NCBI GenBank assembly: GCA_964016885.1 | Contig: OZ024761.1 | Coordinates: 11,594,001 to 11,658,000, forward strand | Length of the DNA: 64,000 nt | Source: Eledone cirrhosa | Lineage: Eukaryota | Direction: 5' to 3' | Part shown: positions 36,220 to 48,200 of the stretch, one piece after another | Numbering within the stretch: the first letter of the stretch is position 1 | How the letters are laid out: every line of letters begins with the position of its first letter | Notes under the pieces: generated by a model | What the model saw: the letters and a program-made list of their open reading frames with translations, nothing else | Told to the model about the DNA's origin: nothing | Database searches by the model: none | Program-made: the position numbers and the translations under genes

Positions 36220-39200
36220 ATGAGGGGTTGTAGTGGTAGTAGGGTTGATGAGGGGTTGTAGTGGTAGTAGGGTTGATGGGGGGGGTTGTAGTGGTAGTAG
36301 GGTTGATGAGGGGGTTGTAGTGGTAGTAGGGTTGATGGGGGGGTTGTAGTGGTAGTAGGGTTGATGGGGGGGTTGTAGTGGTAGTAGGGTTGATGAGGGG
36401 GTTGTAGTGGTAGTAGGGTTGATGGGGGGGTTGTAGTGGTAGTAGGGTTGATGAGGGGGTTGTAGTGGTAGTAGGGTTGATGGGGGGGTTGTAGTGGTAG
36501 TAGGGTTGATGGGGGGGTTGTAGTGGTAGTAGGGTTGATGGGGGGGTTGTAGTGGTAGTAGGGTTGATGGGGGGGTTGTAGTGGTAGTAGGGTTGATGGG
36601 GGGGTTGTAGTGGTAGTAGGGTTGATGAGGGGGTTGTAGTGGTAGTAGGGTTGATGGGGGGGTTGTAGTGGTAGTAGGGTTGATGGGGGGGTTGTAGTGG
36701 TAGTAGGGTTGATGAGGGGGTTGTAGTGGTAGTAGGGTTGATGGGGGGGTTGTAGTGGTAGTAAGGTTGATGGGGGGGTTGTAGTGGTAGTAGGGTTGAT
36801 GAGGGGGTTGTAGTGGTAGTAGGGTTGATGGGGGGGTTGTAGTGGTAGTAGGGTTGATGGGGGGGTTGTAGTGGTAGTAGGGTTGATGAGGGGGTTGTAG
36901 TGGTAGTAGGGTTGATGAGGGGGTTGTAGTGGTTGTAGGGTTGATGGGGGGGGTTGTAGTGGTAGTAGGGTTGATGGGGGGGTTGTAGTGGTAGTAGGGT
37001 TGATGGGGGGGTTGTAGTGGTAGTAGGGTTGATGAGGGGGTTGTAGTGGTTGTAGGGTTGATGGGGGGGTTGTAATGGTAGTAGGGTTGATGGGGGGGTT
37101 GTAGTGGTAGTAGGGTTGATGGGGGGGTTGTAGTGGTAGTAGGGTTGATGAGGGGGTTGTAGTGGTTGTAGGGTTGATGGGGGGTTGTAGTGGTAGTAGG
37201 GTTGATGGGGGGGTTGTAGTGGTAGTAGGGTTGATGAGGGGGTTGTAGTGGTAGTAGGGTTGATGGGGGGGTTGTAGTGGTAGTAAGGTTGATGGGGGGG
37301 TTGTAGTGGTAGTAGGGTTGATGAGGGGGTTGTAGTGGTAGTAGGGTTGATGGGGGGGTTGTAGTGGTAGTAGGGTTGATGGGGGGGTTGTAGTGGTAGT
37401 AGGGTTGATGAGGGGGTTGTAGTGGTAGTAGGGTTGATGGGGGGGTTGTAGTGGTAGTAAGGTTGATGGGGGGGTTGTAGTGGTAGTAGGGTTGATGAGG
37501 GGGTTGTAGTGGTAGTAGGGTTGATGGGGGGGTTGTAGTGGTAGTAGGGTTGATGGGGGGGTTGTAGTGGTAGTAGGGTTGATGGGGGGGTTGTAGTGGT
37601 AGTAGGGTTGATGAGGGGGTTGTAGTGGTAGTAGGGTTGATGGGGGGGTTGTAGTGGTAGTAAGGTTGATGGGGGGGTTGTAGTGGTAGTAGGGTTGATG
37701 AGGGGGTTGTAGTGGTAGTAGGGTTGATGGGGGGGTTGTAGTGGTAGTAGGGTTGATGAGGGGGTTGTAGTGGTAGTAGGGTTGATGGGGGGGGTTGTAG
37801 TGGTAGTAAGGTTGATGAGGGGGTTGTAGTGGTAGTAGGGTTGATGGGGGGGTTGTAGTGGTAGTAGGGTTGATGGGGGGGTTGTAGTGGTAGTAGGGTT
37901 GATGGGGGGTTGTAGTGGTAGTAGGGTTGATGGGGGGGTTGTAGTGGTAGTAAGGTTGATGAGGGGGTTGTAGGGTTGATGAGGGGGTTGTAGTGGTTGT
38001 AGGGTTGATGAGGGGTTGTAGTGGTAGTAGGGTTGATGAGGGGGTTGTAGTGGTAGTAGGGTTGATGAGGGGGTTGTAGTGGTTGTAGGGTTGATGAGGG
38101 GTTGTAGTGGTAGTAGGGTTGATGAGGGGGTTGTAGTGGTAGTAGGGTTGATGAGGGGGTTGTAGTGGTAGTAGGGTTGATGGGGGGGGTTGTAGTGGTA
38201 GTAGGGTTGATGAGGGGGTTGTAGTGGTAGTAGGGTTGATGAGGGGGTTGTAGTGGTAGTAGGGTTGATGAGGGGGTTGTAGTGGTTGAAGGGTTGATGG
38301 GGGGGTTGTAGTGGTTGTAGGGTTGATGAGGGGTTGTAGTGGTAGTAGGGTTGATGAGGGGGTTGTAGTGGTTGTAGGGTTGATGAGGGGTTGTAGTGGT
38401 AGTAGGGTTGATGAGGGGGTTGTAGTGGTAGTAGGGTTGATGAGGGGGTTGTAGTGGTAGTAGGGTTGATGGGGGGGTTGTAGTGGTAGTAGGGTTGATG
38501 AGGGGGTTGTAGTGGTTGTAGGGTTGATGAGGGGGTTGTAGTGGTAGTAGGGTTGATGAGGGGGTTGTAGTGGTAGTAGGGTTGATGGGGGGTTGTAGTG
38601 GTAGTAGGGTTGATGAGGGGTTGTAGTGGTAGTAGGGTTGATGGGGGGGTTGTAGTGGTAGTAGGGTTGATGGGGGGTTGTAGTGGTAGTAGGGTTGATG
38701 GGGGGGTTGTAGTGGTAGTAGGGTTGATGGGGGGTTGTAGTGGTAGTAGGGTTGATGAGGGGGTTGTAGTGGTAGTAGGGTTGATGAGGGGGTTGTAGTG
38801 GTTGTAGGGTTGATGAGGGGGTTGTAGTGGTAGTAGGGTTGATGGGGGGGTTGTAGTGGTTGTAGGGTTGATGAGGGGGTTGTAGTGGTAGTAGGGTTGA
38901 TGAGGGGGTTGTAGTGGTAGTAGGGTTGATGAGGGGGTTGTAGTGGTTGTAGGGTTGATGAGGGGGTTGTAGTGGTAGTAGGGTTGATGGGGGGGTTGTA
39001 GTGGTAGTAGGGTTGATGAGGGGGTTGTAGTGGTAGTAGGGTTGATGAGGGGGTTGTAGTGGTAGTAGGGTTGATGAGGGGGTTGTAGTGGTAGTAGGGT
39101 TGATGGGGGGGTTGTAGTGGTAGTAGGGTTGATGGGGGGGTTGTAGTGGTAGTAGGGTTGATGAGGGGGTTGTAGTGGTTGTAGGGTTGATGAGGGGGTT

Positions 39201-42200
39201 GTAGTGGTAGCAGGGTTGATGGGGGGTTGTAGTGGTAGTAGGGTTGATGAGGGGGTTGTAGTGGTAGTAGGGTTGATGGGGGGGTTGTAGTGGTAGTAGG
39301 GTTGATGGGGGGGTTCTAGTGGTTGTAGGGTTGATGAGGGGGTTGTAGTGGTAGTAGGGTTGATGGGGGGTTGTAGTGGTAGTAGGGTTGATGAGGGGGT
39401 TGTAGTGGTAGCAGGGTTGATGAGGGGTTGTAGTGGTAGTAGGGTTGATGAGGGGGTTGTAGTGGTAGTAGGGTTGATGAGGGGGTTGTAGTGGTTGTAG
39501 GGTTGATGGGGGGGTTGTAGTGGTAGTAGGGTTGATGAGGGGGTTGTAGTGGTAGTAGGGTTGATGAGGGGGTTGTAGTGGTTGTAGGGTTGATGGGGGG
39601 TTGTAGTGGTAGTAGGGTTGATGAGGAGGTTGTAGTGGTAGCAGGGTTGATGGGGGGTTGTAGTGGTAGTAGGGTTGATGAGGGGGTTGTAGTGGTAGTA
39701 GGGTTGATGAGGGGGTTGTAGTGGTAGCAGGGTTGATGAGGGGTTGAGAGTGGTAGTAGGGTTGATGAGGGGGTTGTAGTGGTAGTAGGGTTGATGAGGG
39801 GGTTGTAGTGGTTGTAGGGTTGATGGGGGGTTGTAGTGGTAGTAGGGTTGATGAGGGGGTTGTAGTGGTAGCAGGGTTGATGAGGGGTTGTAGTGATAGT
39901 AGGGTTGATGAGGGGGTTGTAGTGGTAGTAGGGTTGATGAGGGGGTTGTAGTGGTTGTAGGGTTGATGGGGGGGTTGTAGTGGTAGTAGGGTTGATGAGG
40001 GGGTTGTAGTGGTAGTAGGGTTGATGAGGGGGTTGTAGTGGTTGTAGGGTTGATGGGGGGTTGTAGTGGTAGTAGGGTTGATGAGGGGGTTGTAGTGGTA
40101 GCAGGGTTGATGAGGGGTTGTAGTGGTAGTAGGGTTGATGAGGGTTGTAGTGGTAGTAGGGTTGATGAGGGGGTTGTAGTGGTAGTAGGGTTGATGAGGG
40201 GGTTGTAGTGGTTGTAGGGTTGATGGGGGGTTGTAGTGGTTGTAGGGTTGATGAGGAGTTGTAGTGGTAGTAGGGTTGATGGGGGGTTGTAGTGGTTGTA
40301 GGGTTGATGGGGGGTTGTAGTGGTTGTAGGGTTGATGGGAGGTTGTAGTGGTAGTAGGGTTGATGGGGGGTTGTAGTGGTTGTAGGGTTGATGGGAGGTT
40401 GTAGTGGTAGTAGGGTTGATGGGGGGTTGTAGTGGTAGTAGGGTTGATGGGGGGTTGTAGTGGTTGTAGGGTTGATGGGGGGTTGTAGTGGTTGTAGGGT
40501 TGATGGGGGGTTGTAGTGGTTGTAGGGTTGATGGGAGGTTGTAGTGGTAGTAGGGTTGATGGGGGGTTGTAGTGGTTGTAGGGTTGATGGGGGGTTGTAG
40601 TGGTTGTAGGGTTGATGGGGGGTTGTAGTGGTTGTAGGTTTGATGGGGGGTTGTAGTGGTAGTAGGGTTGATGGGGGGTTGTAGTGGTAGTAGGGTTGAT
40701 GGGGGGTTGTAGTGGTAGTAGGGTTGATGGGGGTTGTAGTGGTAGTAGAGATAATGGGAGGTTGTAGTGGTTGTAGGGTTGATGGGGGGTTGTAGTGGTT
40801 GTAGGGTTGATGGGGGGTTGTAGTGGTTGTAGGGTTGATGGGGGTTGTAGTGGTTGTAGGGTTGATGGGGGGTTGTAGTGGTTGTAGGGTTGATGGGGGG
40901 TTGTAGTGGTTGTAGGGTTGATGGGAGGTTGTAGTGGTAGTAGGGTTGATGGGGGGTTGTAGTGGTAGTAGGGTTGATGGGGGGGTTGTAGTGGTTGTAG
41001 GGTTGATGGGGGGTTGTAGTGGTTGTAGGGTTGATGGGAGGTTGTAGTGGTAGTAGGGTTGATGGGAGGTTGTAGTGGTAGTAGGGTTGATGAGGGGTTG
41101 TAGTGGTTGTAGGGTTGATGGGGGGTTGTAGTGGTTGTAGGGTTGATGGGAGGTTGTAGTGGTAGTAGGGTTGATGGGGGGTTGTAGTGGTAGTAGGGTT
41201 GATGGGAGTTGTAGTGGTAGTAGGGTTGATGGGGGGTTGTAGTGATTGTAGGGTTGATGGGAGGTTGTAGTGGTTGTAGGGTTGATGGGGGGTTGTAGTG
41301 GTTGTAGGGTTGATGGGGGGTTGTAGTGGTAGTAGGGTTGATGGGGGGTTGTAGTGGTAGTAGAGTTGATGGGGGGTTGTAGTGGTTGTAGGGTTGATGG
41401 GGGGTTGTAGTGGTAGTAGGGTTGATGGGAGGTTGTAGTGGTTGTAGGGTTGATGGGGGGTTGTAGTGGTTGTAGGGTTGATGAGGGGTTGTAGTGGTTG
41501 TAGTGGTAGTAGGGTTGATGGGGGGTTGTAGTGGTTGTAGGGTTAATGGAGGGTTGTAGTGGTAGTAGGGTTGATGGGAGGTTGTAGTGGTTGATGGGGG
41601 GTTGTAGTGGTAGTAGGGTTGATGGGGGGTTGTAGTGGTTGTAGGGTTGATGGGGGTTGTAGTGGTAGTAGGGTTGATGGGGGGTTGTAGTGTTGATGGG
41701 GGGTTGTAGTGGTTGTAGGGTTGATGAGGGGTTGTAGTGGTTGTAGGGTTGATGAGGGGTTGTAGTGGTTGTAGGGTTGATGGGGGTTGTAGTGGTAGTA
41801 GGGTTGATGGGGGGTTGTAGGGTTGATGGGGGGTTGTAGTGGTTGTAGGGTTGATGGGAGGTTGTAGTGGTTGTAGGGATAATGGGAGGTTGTAGTGTTA
41901 ATGGGGGGTTGTAGTGGTTGTAGGGATAATGGGAGGTTGTAGTGGTTGTAGGGTTGATGGGGGGTTGTAGTGGTTGTAGGGTTGATGGGGGGTTGTAGTG
42001 GTAGTAGGGTTGATGGGGGTTGTAGTGGTAGTAGGGTTGATGGGGGGTTGTAGGGTTGATGGGGGGGTTGTAGTGGTAGTAGGGTTGATGGGAGGTTGTA
42101 GTGGTTGTAGGGTTGATGGGGGGTTGTAATGGTAGTAGGGTTGATGGGGGGTTGTAGTGGTAGTAGGGCTGATGGGGGGTTGTAGTGGTTGTAGGGTTGA

Positions 42201-45200
42201 TGGGGGGTTGTAGTGGTAGTAGGGTTGATGGGGGGTTGTAGTGGTTGTAGGGTTGATGGGAGGTTGTAGTGGTTGTAGGGTTGATGGGAGGTTGTAGTGG
42301 TAGTAGGGTTGATGGGGGGTTGTAGTGGTTGTAGGGCTGATGGGAGGTTGTAGTGGTTGTAGGGTTGATGAGGGTTGTAGTGGTAGTAGGGTTGATGAGG
42401 GGGTTGTAGTGGTAGTAGGGTTGATGAGGGGGTTGTAGTGGTTGTAGGGTTGATGAGGGGTTGTAGTGGTAGTAGGGTTGATGAGGGGGTTGTAGTGGTA
42501 GTAGGGTTGATGAGGGGGTTGTAGTGGTAGTAGGGTTGATGGGGGGGGGGGGTTGTAGTGGTAGTAGGGTTGATGAGGGGGTTGTAGTGGTTGTAGGGTT
42601 GATGAGGGGGTTGTAGTGGTAGTAGGGTTGATGAGGGGGTTGTAGTGGTTGTAGGGTTGATGAGGGGTTGTAGTGGTAGTAGGGTTGATGAGGGGGTTGT
42701 AGTGGTTGTAGGGTTGATGAGGGGTTGTAGTGGTAGTAGGGTTGATGAGGGGGTTGTAGTGGTAGTAGGGTTGATGGGGGGGTTGTAGTGGTAGTAGGGT
42801 TGATGAGGGGGTTGTAGTGGTTGTAGGGTTGATGAGGGGGTTGTAGTGGTAGTAGGGTTGATGAGGGGGTTGTAGTGGTAGTAGGGTTGATGGGGGGTTG
42901 TAGTGGTAGTAGGGTTGATGAGGGGTTGTAGTGGTAGTAGGGTTGATGGGGGGGTTGTAGTGGTAGTAGGGTTGATGGGGGGTTGTAGTGGTAGTAGGGT
43001 TGATGGGGGGGTTGTAGTGGTAGTAGGGTTGATGGGGGGTTGTAGTGGTAGTAGGGTTGATGAGGGGGTTGTAGTGGTAGTAGGGTTGATGAGGGGGTTG
43101 TAGTGGTTGTAGGGTTGATGAGGGGGTTGTAGTGGTAGTAGGGTTGATGGGGGGTTGTAGTGGTTGTAGGGTTGATGAGGGGGTTGTAGTGGTAGTAGGG
43201 TTGATGAGGGGGTTGTAGTGGTAGTAGGGTTGATGAGGGGGTTGTAGTGGTTGTAGGGTTGATGAGGGGGTTGTAGTGGTAGTAGGGTTGATGGGGGGTT
43301 GTAGTGGTAGTAGGGTTGATGAGGGGGTTGTAGTGGTAGTAGGGTTGATGAGGGGGTTGTAGTGGTAGTAGGGTTGATGAGGGGGTTGTAGTGGTAGTAG
43401 GGTTGATGGGGGGGTTGTAGTGGTAGTAGGGTTGATGGGGGGGTTGTAGTGGTAGTAGGGTTGATGAGGGGGTTGTAGTGGTTGTAGGGTTGATGAGGGG
43501 GTTGTAGTGGTAGCAGGGTTGATGGGGGGTTGTAGTGGTAGTAGGGTTGATGAGGGGGTTGTAGTGGTAGTAGGGTTGATGGGGGGGTTGTAGTGGTAGT
43601 AGGGTTGATGGGGGGGTTGTAGTGGTTGTAGGGTTGATGAGGGGGTTGTAGTGGTAGTAGGGTTGATGGGGGGTTGTAGTGGTAGTAGGGTTGATGAGGG
43701 GGTTGTAGTGGTAGCAGGGTTGATGAGGGGTTGTAGTGGTAGTAGGGTTGATGAGGGGGTTGTAGTGGTAGTAGGGTTGATGAGGGGGTTGTAGTGGTTG
43801 TAGGGTTGATGGGGGGGTTGTAGTGGTAGTAGGGTTGATGAGGGGGTTGTAGTGGTAGTAGGGTTGATGAGGGGGTTGTAGTGGTTGTAGGGTTGATGGG
43901 GGGTTGTAGTGGTAGTAGGGTTGATGAGGGGGTTGTAGTGGTAGCAGGGTTGATGGGGGGTTGTAGTGGTAGTAGGGTTGATGAGGGGGTTGTAGTGGTA
44001 GTAGGGTTGATGAGGGGGTTGTAGTGGTAGCAGGGTTGATGAGGGGTTGAGAGTGGTAGTAGGGTTGATGAGGGGGTTGTAGTGGTAGTAGGGTTGATGA
44101 GGGGGTTGTAGTGGTTGTAGGGTTGATGGGGGGTTGTAGTGGTAGTAGGGTTGATGAGGGGGTTGTAGTGGTAGCAGGGTTGATGAGGGGTTGTAGTGGT
44201 AGTAGGGTTGATGAGGGGGTTGTAGTGGTAGTAGGTTTGATGAGGGGGTTGTAGTGGTTGTAGGGTTGATGGGGGGGTTGTAGTGGTAGTAGGGTTGATG
44301 AGGGGGTTGTAGTGGTAGTAGGGTTGATGAGGGGGTTGTAGTGGTTGTAGGGTTGATGGGGGGTTGTAGTGGTAGTAGGGTTGATGAGGGGGTTGTAGTG
44401 GTAGCAGGGTTGATGAGGGGTTGTAGTGGTAGTAGGGTTGATGAGGGTTGTAGTGGTAGTAGGGTTGATGAGGGGGTTGTAGTGGTAGTAGGGTTGATGA
44501 GGGGGTTGTAGTGGTTGTAGGGTTGATGGGGGGTTGTAGTGGTAGTAGGGTTGATGAGGGGGTTGTAGTGGTAGCAGGGTTGATGGGGGGTTGTAGTGGT
44601 AGTAGGGTTGATGAGGGTTGTAGTGGTTGTAGGGTTGATGGGGGTTGTAGTGGTTGTAGGGTTGATGAGGAATTGTAGTGGTAGTAGGGTTGATGGGGGG
44701 TTGTAGTGGTAGCAGGGTTGATGAGGGTTGTAGTGGTTGTAGGGTTGATGGGGGGTTGTAGTGGTTGTAGGGTTGATGAGGAGTTGTAGTGGTAGTAGGG
44801 TTGATGGGGGGTTGTAGTGGTAGCAGGGTTGATGAGGGTTGTAGTGGTTGTAGGGTTGATGGGGGTTGTAGTGGTTGTAGGGTTGATGAGGAATTGTAGT
44901 GGTAGTAGGGTTGATGGGGGGTTGTAGTGGTAGCAGGGTTGATGAGGGTTGTAGGGTTGATGGGGGGTTGTAGTGGTTGTAGGGTTGATGAGGAGTTGTA
45001 GTGGTAGTAGGGTTGATGGGGGGTTGTAGTGGTTGTAGGGTTGATGGGGGGTTGTAGTGGTTGTAGGGTTGATGGGAGGTTGTAGTGGTAGTAGGGTTGA
45101 TGGGGGGTTGTAGTGGTTGTAGGGTTGATGGGAGGTTGTAGTGGTAGTAGGGTTGATGGGGGGTTGTAGTGGTTGTAGGGTTGATGGGGGGTTGTAGTGG

Positions 45201-48200
45201 TTGTAGGGTTGATGGGGGGTTGTAGTGGTTGTAGGGTTGATGGGGGTTGTATTGGTTGTAGGGTTGATGGGGGGTTGTAGTGGTTGTAGGGTTGATGGGG
45301 GGTTGTAGTGGTTGTAGGGTTGATGGGAGGTTGTAGTGGTAGTAGGGTTGATGGGGGGTTGTAGTGGTAGTAGGGTTGATGGGGGGTTGTAGTGGTTGTA
45401 GGGTTGATGGGGGGTTGTAGTGGTTGTAGGGTTGATGAGGAGTTGTAGTGGTAGTAGGGTTGATGGGGGGTTGTAGTGGTAGCAGGGTTGATGAGGGTTG
45501 TAGTGGTTGTAGGGTTGATGGGGGTTGTAGTGGTTGTAGGGTTGATGAGGAATTGTAGTGGTAGTAGGGTTGATGGGGGGTTGTAGTGGTAGCAGGGTTG
45601 ATGAGGGTTGTAGTGGTTGTAGGGTTGATGGGGGGTTGTAGTGGTTGTAGGGTTGATGAGGAGTTGTAGTGGTAGTAGGGTTGATGGGGGGTTGTAGTGG
45701 TTGTAGGGTTGATGGGGGGTTGTAGTGGTTGTAGGGTTGATGGGAGGTTGTAGTGGTAGTAGGGTTGATGGGGGGTTGTAGTGGTTGTAGGGTTGATGGG
45801 AGGTTGTAGTGGTAGTAGGGTTGATGGGGGGTTGTAGTGGTTGTAGGGTTGATGGGGGGTTGTAGTGGTTGTAGGGTTGATGGGGGGTTGTAGTGGTTGT
45901 AGGGTTGATGGGGGGTTGTAGTGGTAGTAGGGTTGATGGGGGGTTGTAGTGGTTGTAGGGTTGATGGGGGGTTGTAGTGGTTGTAGGGTTGATGGGGGGT
46001 TGTAGTGGTTGTAGGGTTGATGGGAGGTTGTAGTGGTAGTAGGGTTGATGGGGGGTTGTAGTGGTAGTAGGGTTGATGGGGGGTTGTAGTGGTTGTAGGG
46101 TTGATGGGGGGTTGTAGTGGTTGTAGGGTTGATGGGAGGTTGTAGTGGTAGTAGGGTTGATGGGAGGTTGTAGTGGTAGTAGGGTTGATGAGGGGTTGTA
46201 GTGGTTGTAGGGTTGATGGGGGGTTGTAGTGGTTGTAGGGTTGATGGGAGGTTGTAGTGGTAGTAGGGTTGATGGGGGGTTGTAGTGGTAGTAGGGTTGA
46301 TGGGGGTTGTAGTGGTAGTAGGGTTGATGGGGGGGTTGTAGTGGTAGTAGGGTTGATGGGGGGGTTGTAGTGGTTGTAGGGTTGATGGGAGGTTGTAGTG
46401 GTTGTAGGGTTGATGGGGGGTTGTAGTGGTTGTAGGGTTGATGGGGGGTTGTAGTGGTTGTAGGGTTGATGGGAGGTTGTAGTGGTTGTAGGGTTGATGG
46501 GGGGTTGTAGTGATTGTAGGGTTGATGGGGGGTTGTAGTGATTGTAGGGTTGATGGGAGGTTGTAGTGGTTGTAGGGTTGATGGGGGGTTGTAGTGGTTG
46601 TAGGGTTGATGGGGGGTTGTAGTGATTGTAGGGTTGATGGGGGGTTGTAGGGTTGATGGGAGGTTGTAGTGGTTGTAGGGTTGATGGGGGGTTGTAGTGG
46701 TTGTAGGGTTGATGGGGGGTTGTAGTGGTAGTAGGGTTGATGGGGGGTTGTAGTGGTAGTAGAGTTGATGGGGGGTTGTAGTGGTTGTAGGGTTGATGGG
46801 GGGTTGTAGTGGTAGTAGGGTTGATGGGAGGTTGTAGTGGTTGTAGGGTTGATGGGGGGTTGTAGTGGTTGTAGGGTTGATGAGGGGTTGTAGTGGTTGT
46901 AGTGGTAGTAGGGTTGATGGGGGGTTGTAGTGGTTGTAGGGTTAATGGAGGGTTGTAGTGGTAGTAGGGTTGATGGGAGGTTGTAGTGGTTGATGGGGGG
47001 TTGTAGTGGTAGTAGGGTTGATGGGGGGTTGTAGTGGTTGTAGGGTTGATGGGGTTTGTAGTGGTAGTAGGGTTGATGGGGGGTTGTAGTGTTGATGGGG
47101 GGTTGTAGTGGTTGTAGGGTTGATGAGGGGTTGTAGTGGTTGTAGGGTTGATGAGGGGTTGTAGTGGTTGTAGGGTTGATGGGGGTTGTAGTGGTAGTAG
47201 GGTTGATGGGGGGTTGTAGGGTTGATGGGGGGTTGTAGGGTTGATGGGGGGTTGTAGTGGTAGTAGGGTTGATGGGAGGTTGTAGTGGTTGTAGGGTTGA
47301 TGGGGGGTTGTAGTGGTTGTAGGGTTGATGGGAGGTTGTAGTGGTTGTAGGGATAATGGGAGGTTGTAGTGGTAGTAGGGTTGATGGGAGGTTGTAGTGG
47401 TTGTAGTGTTAATGGGGGGTTGTAGTGGTTGTAGGGATAATGGGAGGTTGTAGTGGTTGTAGGGTTGATGGGGGGTTGTAGTGGTTGTAGGGTTGATGGG
47501 GGGTTGTAGTGGTAGTAGGGTTGATGGGGGTTGTAGTGGTAGTAGGGTTGATGGGGGGTTGTAGGGTTGATGGGGGGGTTGTAGTGGTAGTAGGGTTGAT
47601 GGGAGGTTGTAGTGGTTGTAGGGTTGATGGGGGGTTGTAATGGTAGTAGGGTTGATGGGGGGTTGTAGTGGTAGTAGGGCTGATGGGGGGTTGTAGTGGT
47701 TGTAGGGTTGATGGGGGGTTGTAGTGGTAGTAGGGTTGATGGGGGGTTGTAGTGGTTGTAGGGTTGATGGGAGGTTGTAGTGGTTGTAGGGTTGATGGGG
47801 GGGTTGTAGTGGTTGTAGGGTTGATGGGAGGTTGTAGTGGTTGTAGGGTTGATGGCGGGTTGTAGTGGTTGTAGGGTTGATGGGGGGTTGTAGTGGTTGT
47901 AGGGTTGATGGGGGGTTGTAGTGGTAGTAGGGTTGATGGGGGGTTGTAGTGGTTGTAGGGTTGATGGGAGGTTGTAGTGGTTGTAGGGTTGATGGGGGGT
48001 TGTAGTGGTAGTAGGGTTGATGGGAGGTTGTAGTGGTTGTAGGGATAATGGGAGGTTGTAGTGGTTGTAGGGTTGATTGGAGGTTGTAGTGGTTGTAGGG
48101 ATAATGGGAGGTTGTAGTGTTAATGGGGGGTTGTAGTGGTTGTAGGGATAATGGGAGGTTGTAGTGGTAGTAGGGTTGATGGGGGGTTGTAGTGGTAGTA